64,000 nt of DNA from Patescibacteria group bacterium (GTDB lineage Bacteria; Patescibacteriota; Microgenomatia; Levybacterales; UBA12049). The stretch is taken from NCBI GenBank assembly GCA_026004395.1, contig BPJB01000001.1:905226-969225 (forward strand). The letters run 5' to 3'. This document shows positions 58,001-64,000 of this stretch, piece by piece. Numbering within the stretch: position 1 is the first letter of the stretch; each line of letters starts with the position of its first letter. The notes below the pieces were generated by a model. That model had not been told where the DNA came from. It made no database searches and saw nothing but the letters and a program-made list of their open reading frames with translations. The position numbers were made by a program, and so were the translations under genes.

Positions 58001-59646
58001 ACTACTTAAATGGAGTAAAAATCGGTTCAACATATACCCTTACTGATCCTATGATTAATGATGCAGGAGGCAGCTTTTACATTGGCAAAAGCGCAGGCTA
58101 TAACTCTGCAGGATTTATTATTGACGAAATAAAACTTTACAACTACGCGCGTACACAAAAACAAATTATCGAGGATATGAACGCCGGCCATCCAATAGGT
58201 GGCTCCCCTGTTGGATCTCAAGCACTATATTTGAAATTTGATGAAGGATACGGGACAACCGCTTACGATTCGGGACCAAATCGCATTAACGGCACTATTA
58301 CCAGCTGTTCGTGGACATTGGCAGGTAAATTCAATAAAGGTATTAACTGTAATGGTGGGGGATATGTAACACTCGGATCGAACACAGCATTTGATTCTTC
58401 CAGTTTTACCTATACATTTTGGATTAAAACAGGCGTACTGGGAGCGGATCAATATAGTAATATTATCCTTGGGCGAGAAAACTATACCGTATCCGGCTTT
58501 CGAGCAGGATTGGACAACAGTGGTCGTGTCTATTTCTGGACCACACAATCAGGAGGAACACTTAGTCTTACTTCTAATCGTTCTGTTACCGGTGATTGGC
58601 ACTATGTAGCAGTTACTTACGACTCAACTTCATCAACAGGCACCATCTATATTGATGGCAAAAAAGATGTTACTGCAACAGGAACATATATTGTTCCAAC
58701 TGGTGTCTCATTGGTACTCAATGGTGGTATTGGGGGTACTACTCGAAGCAATAGCCTTTTCGACGAATTTAAATTCTACTCCTCTGCTCTATCACCAAGT
58801 GAAATTCAAAATGATTACAACCGCGGTGCATCACTGGTCATGGGTGCCACCTCAACAAGTGATGATGGCACGACTGCCAGTAGCTCTGCCTCTCGCGCAT
58901 ACTGTATCCCTGGTGACACGTCGGTACCTGCAATCCACCTAGTTGGAGAATGGAAATTTGAAGAAGGAAGCGGTGGGACTGTGAATGACACATCCGGCAA
59001 CGGAAATACTGGGACATGGAATGGTACAGGTACGCTGCACTGGACCAAAGGAAAGATAGGAAAGGCTGGTAATTTTGACGGGAGCAGTGATTATGTCAGC
59101 GTCAATAGCAGCGCCACAATCCCTACTGGAGGTACTGCCAGGACTTTAGAGATGTGGGTATATACTACTGATAATTCCTGGGCAGATAACGCCAACACAA
59201 TCTTCGAGTATGGCACTAATACAACAAGACAAGCTTTTGGCATAGATATGAATCCCTTCCCTAATATCGAGGTTTATACTTGGGCTGATGATGCCACCGT
59301 TAATACAGGATTGTCAAACAAAGCAGGATGGTGGCATTTGGCTGTTACTTATGATGGAAGTACTACCATAAAAACTTATATTAATGGTGTGTTAAAAAGT
59401 ACAAAAACATTAGCTGGAGTCCTTAATACAGCCTCTTCAACGGTAAATATAGGTAGATCGGCTCTTGTAAATGCCTATTTTGATGGCCGATTAGATCATA
59501 TTCAGCTCTACGACTATGCTCGAACACCTTCTCAAATTACCTGGGATTACAATCGTGGCAAGCCGGTATTGCACACTGGAAATTTGACGAGTGCCAAGGA
59601 TCAACTGTCAATGATTCATCAGGCAACGGCAATTCTGGGACGATAA
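55009..59646 (+). CDS. giant membrane-anchored lectin-like protein: N-terminal TM, PA14 domain, at least 5 Laminin-G_3 (ConA-like) domains
   Basis: TM at about aa 75-95. PA14-like segment YFEGIIYIPTTGTYYFATDSDDASDIYIDGDFTA...TKGYHTFRYRMEEVSGG. Repeated LamG hallmarks: ..YWKFDEGTGTTAYDSS.N...G.. ; (L/M/G)(Y/K)FDG(V/S)(N/S)DY(I/V) ; W(N/Y/H)H(V/A)(V/A)..YD....K.Y(L/I)NG. The last ~25 aa (HTGNLTSAKDQLSMIHQATAILGR) look out of frame. Confidence 0.75.
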   Translation: MKIYKKSPSQPNSFINKSKASQLPLKWSESFISYIIILPFRLLLLVANIAWQALNFPLKLLPHRLIHRLNPIQRLFLNVVTASIFLIFGIWIYTSFSQPEQSEAVWFNDQWLYRQKVDITNSSGSNLTDFQVAITLNTAQMITDGKLQSDCDDIRFVNQKGDILHHWRIPTTLCNTSTTKFFVRITSIPTNGTTIFVYYGNSTAQNIEDAGKVFDRGGIRGFFYAHNSGSHPTTSAAFDTFFTSNIAGFQGQQLYSQINCANNNCNPFDPDDDNYATYFEGIIYIPTTGTYYFATDSDDASDIYIDGDFTASSSAGTNVANWYNGHGLANNWSHNGSIVLTKGYHTFRYRMEEVSGGDGFRAAWQKPGDTSYSYITGEYFYSKKYASSEPTISLGTEEQSPGPVAYWKFDEGTGTTAYDSSTNKYHGIISGATWKQEGECLIGKCLYFDGVNDYIDLGSSSRYGATKTTGAYTIEAWVKPVDVARYNILTLRIGGFHYFSTGITGGEAGGMRTMVHDAVSNANYWPTSNLGILKANQWNHVVFIFEDGVGYKYYLNGKLDKEVANSNLQFYNYGGNAYIGYGTDSTTFFKGFIDEVKVYPYVRTPEQIRADFGSIKGSIKGTSVGIGGSSLTSSLSNGLVGYWKMDETTWSGTAGEVIDSSGNENNGTAVSGAEASPSAKFGRSGYFAGIDENVAINNSPSISNFSNGVTVSLWFKTNSVSSAQSQFGYNGGGFLNFWMNSGVSSTNLRWETNSGQSITSTTAIYPNTWYHAVGVYDTKTGIASLYINGRIDVSANRTFNTSKSGIVTIGSYSTSQYFFNGNIDEVRIYNRALSPAEVQELYNFAPGPIAYYDFEEGQGTSLNDKSGNGNNSTSFGGTPTWTKGFYGKGMKFDNASTDQVTIPGSEILNYNNYTLGFWINFTDEYDGSYRQIIARDPNGSDRSPGIWRYPNMLRIHWKHPYPGNAGPVAIGPNGENTSFVANKWYYMTGVKNGTSFDYYLNGVKIGSTYTLTDPMINDAGGSFYIGKSAGYNSAGFIIDEIKLYNYARTQKQIIEDMNAGHPIGGSPVGSQALYLKFDEGYGTTAYDSGPNRINGTITSCSWTLAGKFNKGINCNGGGYVTLGSNTAFDSSSFTYTFWIKTGVLGADQYSNIILGRENYTVSGFRAGLDNSGRVYFWTTQSGGTLSLTSNRSVTGDWHYVAVTYDSTSSTGTIYIDGKKDVTATGTYIVPTGVSLVLNGGIGGTTRSNSLFDEFKFYSSALSPSEIQNDYNRGASLVMGATSTSDDGTTASSSASRAYCIPGDTSVPAIHLVGEWKFEEGSGGTVNDTSGNGNTGTWNGTGTLHWTKGKIGKAGNFDGSSDYVSVNSSATIPTGGTARTLEMWVYTTDNSWADNANTIFEYGTNTTRQAFGIDMNPFPNIEVYTWADDATVNTGLSNKAGWWHLAVTYDGSTTIKTYINGVLKSTKTLAGVLNTASSTVNIGRSALVNAYFDGRLDHIQLYDYARTPSQITWDYNRGKPVLHTGNLTSAKDQLSMIHQATAILGR

Positions 59647-60272
59647 CTATTGGTGCAACAGGGAGTCAGACCTCAGTCGGCACCTGCTCCACCTCTGGTA
59701 CTGCTTGGGGCAACGGAGCAACAGGTAAATTTAACCACTCACTTAATTTTGACGGGACTGATGATTATATCAATTTTGGAGATAATAGCAATTTTGACTT
59801 TGGAACAAATGATTTCTCATATTGTTTCTGGATCAAGACCACAGATACAGCCGGTCAAGTTGTCGGAAAAGGCGTTTGGTCATACGATGCATGGGGTTCC
59901 TATATATCATCAGGTAAAGTACGTTTTGAGATGAAAATTGAAAATCCACCTGGAAACAATTATACAACTGACTCTGCTGTTATCAATGATGGTAATTGGC
60001 ATCATGTTTGTGGAGTATATGATAGAGATACCAGTCTGAATGCTTACACCGATGGACAATTAACAAGTAGCAATACTTCATTCTCATCCGCTGTAAATTA
60101 TGATATAAGCAATGCTTCTAATTTTGCTATAGGCAATGGATCACCTGGTTATCTTTCAGGACAACTGGATGAAATTCAAGTCTTCAACTATGCCTTAACA
60201 GCCAATCAAGTCAAATCTCTCTACAATCAAGGCAGTGCAATTCGTTTTGCACCCGCAACAGGTACACCATAA
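59571..60272 (+). CDS. frameshifted 3' continuation of the PA14/LamG gene encoding one more complete LamG domain (no ATG; frame open from about 59571)
   Basis: In this frame: AHWKFDECQGSTVNDSSGNGNSGTITIG...KFNHSLNFDGTDDYINFGDNS...FWIKTTD...GNWHHVCGVYDRDTSLNAYTDGQLTSS...GQLDEIQVFNYALTANQVKSLYNQG. It has every hallmark of the preceding LamG units. The ORF track only shows the Met-initiated tail, 59931..60272. Confidence 0.55.
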   Translation, partial: AHWKFDECQGSTVNDSSGNGNSGTITIGATGSQTSVGTCSTSGTAWGNGATGKFNHSLNFDGTDDYINFGDNSNFDFGTNDFSYCFWIKTTDTAGQVVGKGVWSYDAWGSYISSGKVRFEMKIENPPGNNYTTDSAVINDGNWHHVCGVYDRDTSLNAYTDGQLTSSNTSFSSAVNYDISNASNFAIGNGSPGYLSGQLDEIQVFNYALTANQVKSLYNQGSAIRFAPATGTP

Positions 60273-60396
60273 CATAATATTTTCTTGCAAATTATTTAAA
60301 TACTGTCTGAGATTTAGAGACTTTAATGAAATAAATAGCAAAGAACCATGACAAGTGATAAAGCATTTTCTTTATCTAGTATTCATCCCTTATTAT

Positions 60397-61041
60397 TTAT
60401 TCTAGAATAAGATGCTTAATCTCATGCAGTTTCTTAGCATAGTCCTTTTGATCATTGACAAATTTTTTATATGCGTAGACTGATGGAAAAAGATCCAAAA
60501 CAGTCTTGGTATTACAGAGTTTTAAGGAAGATTCATCTATATACTCTTTATAACTTGACCATTCATACTCAGGATCTTTGCTCAGATTTGCCACTAGAGG
60601 ATTAAGGTGAATATAACGCGAGGTATGCATCAAAAGTTCGTCTGTTGGAATGGGTACAGATTTAAAAGACCCTTCAAAAAGTGTTCCTGCTCTTTTATAC
60701 TTGTTGTTGAAGTAATGTGTATAGGCATTGGATAACTGTTTCATAAATTGAGATATACCATTTTTCTCCTTTGCACGGATTAAAAAATGAAAATGATTGG
60801 GCATCAGGCAATATGCCAAAAGATCAACCTTTTTGGAAACATTTTTATTAAATAAACGCAGAGGAAGATCATGATACCTTTTGAGCACTTTTTCTAGTGG
60901 TGTGAGATAAATATATAAATAATAAAGAAAAATTCGATAATCCTGTTCATCCAAAAATATAGCTCTCTTATCCACGCCTCTATTAAAAATATGGTAAATA
61001 CCACCTACTTCAAAATTACGAATATGATACTTTGACGGCAT
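60397..61041 (-). CDS. IS200-like Y1 transposase / REP-associated tyrosine transposase (RAYT, TnpA_REP)
   Basis: YHIFNRGVDKRAIFLDEQDYRIFLYYL...LLAYCLMPNHFHFLIRA (HuH motif H-F-H) ...QLSNAYTHYFNNKYKRAGTLFEGSFKS (catalytic Tyr region) ...YIHLNPL. Flanked by AGAGGT-nnn-ACCTCT hairpins. Confidence 0.75.
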   Translation of the reverse strand: MPSKYHIRNFEVGGIYHIFNRGVDKRAIFLDEQDYRIFLYYLYIYLTPLEKVLKRYHDLPLRLFNKNVSKKVDLLAYCLMPNHFHFLIRAKEKNGISQFMKQLSNAYTHYFNNKYKRAGTLFEGSFKSVPIPTDELLMHTSRYIHLNPLVANLSKDPEYEWSSYKEYIDESSLKLCNTKTVLDLFPSVYAYKKFVNDQKDYAKKLHEIKHLILE

Positions 61042-61054
61042 AAAATTATCCTAA

Positions 61055-61167
61055 TAGAGGTGAAACCTCTTTGTCAATCTTTTTAGAGGTTTCACCTCTA
61101 AAAAGATTGTTATTACAATAAAAAAATAATTTTTATATATGTATTTGAATTAGAGGTTTCACCTCTA
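61055..61167. mobile_element. REP/REPIN cluster (family 2) adjacent to the RAYT gene: inverted REP doublet at 61055-61100 plus a third REP at 61151-61167
   Basis: TAGAGGTGAAACCTCT-ttgtcaatcttt-TAGAGGTTTCACCTCTA, then 50 bp on TAGAGGTTTCACCTCTA. The segment 61084-61170 is repeated at 63414-63500 (hairpin, AAAAAGATTG.TA.TACAATA.AAA.ATAATTTTTAT, hairpin). Confidence 0.75.
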
Positions 61168-61213
61168 ATTTCTCTCCTTGACAAATACAAAATTCAACTG
61201 ATACTCTGGATTC

Positions 61214-63397
61214 ATGGCAAAAAATTCCAAACAAGAGATTCTCTCATATTTAGAAAACGTATCGCTTTTTATATTGGGAATCACTTTTTTAGCATTTCCT
61301 CTACTTTTTACTATTCTGACCACTGATGCATTTATTCTGCCCAAACAAATATTGCTTGCAGCAGCTGCTGCCATCTCAGTTATCGTATTGGGTCTTAGAA
61401 TGATTATTGAAGGAAAAGTTAGATTGCGAACTTCTCCTTTTGATCTACCAGTTTTCCTTTTCTTAGTCACACTTCTATTATCAGCATTATTTGCTGTCAA
61501 TAGATATGATGCCCTTATTAGTTTTGTTCCCATGTTTTTTGTTATCCTGCTCTATTTTGTAATTCAAAATCTTGTGCAAAATGAAAAATCTATTCTTTTT
61601 CTTGTATCAAGCTTGGTATTAGGAACTACGGCATCTACAATTCTTTCAGTACTCGCATTCTTCAAGATTTATCTATTGCCGTTTGATTACACTCATGTTC
61701 AAACATTTAGTACCTTAGGATCTCTCCTTGATCAAGCAATTTTTACCGCTCTCATCCTCCCGCTTGCTGGCTATATCGCATGGCCAATGATTAGCCCACT
61801 TTTTAACAAAAAAACATCTGAAATTTTTGGTGATTCTGAGCAAAGAAGAAATACAGTCACACCTCTTACCATTGTATTTTCAATTGCATCAGCAGTTCTT
61901 CTTATTGGATTAGGGGTAACGGTATATCAACTCGTTACATCAGCCAAACCTCTGATATTGCCCTTAACTACAGGGTTTCAGACGGCATTTGCAGCAATTT
62001 CACAAGATACTGGACGAGTCTTACAAGGTTTTCTTTTTGGCTCAGGATATGGAACATATTTCACAGATTTTACAAGGTTCAAGCAAGCTACCTACAATAG
62101 CAATCCTGATCTTTGGTCATTAACATTTTTCCGATCTAGTAGCTTTGTGTTGGAACTTCTCGCTACAACAGGAGTCTTGGGTCTAGGATCATTCCTCTTT
62201 ATTGTCTACAGATTTATCAAAGAACGATCTTTCTTCCTCCCTATGGTTTTGGCTATAGCTGCAGCCTTTTTGCTCCCCTTCACCTTCAATCTGCAGGCAC
62301 TTTTCTTCATCCTGTTGGCGATTTTTGTCGCACTCAGAGCTCTTCATGCACCATCTCGGTACGCTGATTTGGAGTTTTACTTTGTCGCACTTAAACACGG
62401 CCTAATTCTGGCTCAACCTGAGGGAGAGAGAGCGCCTCATGATAGAGTCAATACCAGATATGGCAAGATACTACCCTTTGCCTTTGTTTTTATACTGCTA
62501 GCTCTGATTGGATACGTTGGATTCTTTTCTGTACAATACGCAATCGCTAATGTCACGTTCCAGCGATCCTATGATGCAATCAGAAAAAATGATGCCCGAG
62601 CAGCACTTACTGCACAGGCTCAAGCTATTCAACGCTTTCCTTATGAAGACTTCTATCATGTAGAGTTTTCACGACTCAATCTAAGAATTGCCAATGCTAT
62701 TGCTGCCAATCAACCTCAAGGTGCATCACCCAGTGCTGAAGTTCAACAGGATATTATCAACTCAATTCAACGCGCTATAACAGCTGGAAGATCAGCGATC
62801 ACCATATCTCCTCAAACAGCTCTAAACTGGAATAACCTCTCTGAAATCTATCGCTCTTTAATCGGATTTGGACAAAATGCAGAACAGTTTGCTATCCTTA
62901 CTGCTCAGCAAGCAGTAACACTAGACCCATCAAATCCTCAACAATATATAAATCTTGGTGGAATTTATTATCAGCTTCAGTCTTGGGATGAAGCACAAAG
63001 ACAATTTCAGCTAGCAGTTAATCTCAAACCTGACTATGCTAATGCATACTACAACTTAGGACATGCTCTGGAAAATAAAGGTGATCTACAAAACGCACTT
63101 CAAGCATATCAAATAGTCCAGCAGTTAGTTGCGAATGATAAAGCCAACTCCGATCGCATCAAAAATGAAATTCAAGCTTTACAAAATAAAATTAAATCAG
63201 GACAAGCTGCTCAGCAACAAGCATCAAATCAATCCAATCAACAAAAACAAGAGGGTGATTTGAGTGTAAATCAACCAAGGACACAGCTTCCTGAGCAAAA
63301 AGAAAAAGCTGAAATACCAGCTCCTCCTAAAGCATTAATCACTCCTACACCAACACAAAATCCTTCTCCAACTCCCACCCCATCACCTACAGAGTAA
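61214..63397 (+). CDS. O-antigen-ligase/Wzy_C-like polytopic membrane protein with C-terminal TPR repeats and Pro/Thr-rich tail
   Basis: About 12 predicted TM helices in the first 430 aa. TPR-like repeats (..QQYINLGGIYYQLQSWDEAQRQFQLAVNLKPDYANAYYNLGHALENKGDLQNALQAYQ..). Ends PTPTQNPSPTPTPSPTE. Confidence 0.5.
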   Translation: MAKNSKQEILSYLENVSLFILGITFLAFPLLFTILTTDAFILPKQILLAAAAAISVIVLGLRMIIEGKVRLRTSPFDLPVFLFLVTLLLSALFAVNRYDALISFVPMFFVILLYFVIQNLVQNEKSILFLVSSLVLGTTASTILSVLAFFKIYLLPFDYTHVQTFSTLGSLLDQAIFTALILPLAGYIAWPMISPLFNKKTSEIFGDSEQRRNTVTPLTIVFSIASAVLLIGLGVTVYQLVTSAKPLILPLTTGFQTAFAAISQDTGRVLQGFLFGSGYGTYFTDFTRFKQATYNSNPDLWSLTFFRSSSFVLELLATTGVLGLGSFLFIVYRFIKERSFFLPMVLAIAAAFLLPFTFNLQALFFILLAIFVALRALHAPSRYADLEFYFVALKHGLILAQPEGERAPHDRVNTRYGKILPFAFVFILLALIGYVGFFSVQYAIANVTFQRSYDAIRKNDARAALTAQAQAIQRFPYEDFYHVEFSRLNLRIANAIAANQPQGASPSAEVQQDIINSIQRAITAGRSAITISPQTALNWNNLSEIYRSLIGFGQNAEQFAILTAQQAVTLDPSNPQQYINLGGIYYQLQSWDEAQRQFQLAVNLKPDYANAYYNLGHALENKGDLQNALQAYQIVQQLVANDKANSDRIKNEIQALQNKIKSGQAAQQQASNQSNQQKQEGDLSVNQPRTQLPEQKEKAEIPAPPKALITPTPTQNPSPTPTPSPTE

Positions 63398-63413
63398 AAA
63401 ATATTAAAGAGAG

Positions 63414-63500
63414 TATTAGAGGTTTCACCTCTAAAAAGATTGATAATACAATATAAACATAATTTTTATGTTGTCCTTGGATTAGGGGTTTCACCTCTGA
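63414..63500. repeat. second copy of the REP-spacer-REP element (family 2)
   Basis: TTAGAGGTTTCACCTCTAAAAAGATTGATAATACAATATAAACATAATTTTTATGTTGTCCTTGGATTAGGGGTTTCACCTCTGAGG. Compare 61084-61170. The distal hairpin is degenerate (AGGGGT/ACCTCT). Confidence 0.7.
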
Positions 63501-63707
63501 GGGAGTGTGGACTCGAGCGGAATCGAACCGCCTACTCTTTCATGGTATTAATCAGTATTGAATTTAATAATCTTTTAATAAATTTGTAGAGAGGAAACAA
63601 AAGTACTTTAGAAACAATAAACGTTTAAAACTAAGAAAATATATTTAAAATAAGAATTTAAATTCGATCTTCTATTTTAGAGACAATATCATTCCTCTTT
63701 ATAAGAA

Positions 63708-63986
63708 TTATTTTGTATTATAGCAGGTTTTTAATACACTTGATTTAGACCAAACACCATTTTTATCTATAGCATAAACCCAATAGCTTATTTTTTTATT
63801 GCAGGCAACAGGTATAGTGTAAGAATTAGTTATCACACTGTCATTCATCCAATCTCCGGGTTTCATGTTTGACTCACTCCATCCATTACTTCTATCATCA
63901 ACTCTTACTGCATAACGCACAGCACCCTCAACTGCTCTCCATTGTATTATTAAATTAGGGTATTTGTAAGAAGCGCTAAGATACAT
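63708..63986 (-). CDS. hypothetical protein (possibly N-terminally incomplete; gene may extend past the window end)
   Basis: ORF only. Beta-sandwich-like composition (..WRAVEGAVRYAVRVDDRSNGW..). No confident domain call. Confidence 0.3.
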   Translation of the reverse strand: MYLSASYKYPNLIIQWRAVEGAVRYAVRVDDRSNGWSESNMKPGDWMNDSVITNSYTIPVACNKKISYWVYAIDKNGVWSKSSVLKTCYNTK

Positions 63987-64000
63987 TGTGTCATTAAGGG

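Noticed and set aside
32278-63500. Possible CRISPR array formed by the recurring AGAGGTTTCACCTCT hairpins
   Set aside because: Copies are not regularly spaced with unique spacers. They occur as isolated singlets or inverted doublets tens of kb apart. They are associated with a RAYT transposase and no cas genes, so REP/REPIN elements are the better explanation.

Overview
This window is AT-rich and gene-dense and looks like a reduced, Gram-positive-like genome, possibly CPR/Patescibacteria-like (inference from gene content and style; no database search was possible).

Housekeeping content:
- argS, leuS, mreB, ndk, the comEA-comEC competence genes (comEC split in two), an M16 zinc peptidase, a PEGA/beta-propeller envelope protein, tRNA-Arg(CCT) and tRNA-Pro(CGG), and a minus-strand glycosylation operon of three GT4 glycosyltransferases plus one GT26 (WecB/TagA).

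Cell-surface content (the most distinctive part):
- A sortase-family enzyme.
- Three tandem two-gene modules: a secreted beta-rich protein ending in ...I-[AT]-T-P-T-[FY] (WxL-like), followed by a DUF916-like protein with a C-terminal membrane anchor.
- A ~20-kb mega-fibre island, 34305-54586. It is a chain of giant ORFs built from GNVGIGTTxPxxKL(D/E)V tail-fibre-like repeats, encoding 1526 aa, at least 2946 aa, and three fragments of 523, 177 and 1228 aa.
  - The first ORF begins with tandem XerC/XerD-type N-terminal SAM-like (core-binding) domains and no recombinase catalytic domain, then a transmembrane anchor, then the fibre.
  - The ORFs are separated by frameshifted or degenerate junctions.
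  - It contains kb-scale near-identical direct repeats and a perfectly conserved GC-rich 23-mer anchor.
- A 1545-aa PA14 + multi-LamG lectin-like protein whose last LamG unit continues in another frame (frameshift near 59570).

Mobile and repeat elements:
- An IS200-like REP-associated tyrosine transposase (RAYT) with cognate REP/REPIN hairpins (AGAGGT-ttc-ACCTCT). Copies also flank the adjacent Wzy_C/TPR membrane-protein gene.
- A second family of 30-nt perfect palindromes (ACAAGTATACAGGTATACCTGTATACTTGT and variants) at six intergenic sites, mostly at gene 3' ends.
- No CRISPR array, rRNA or clear prophage was seen.
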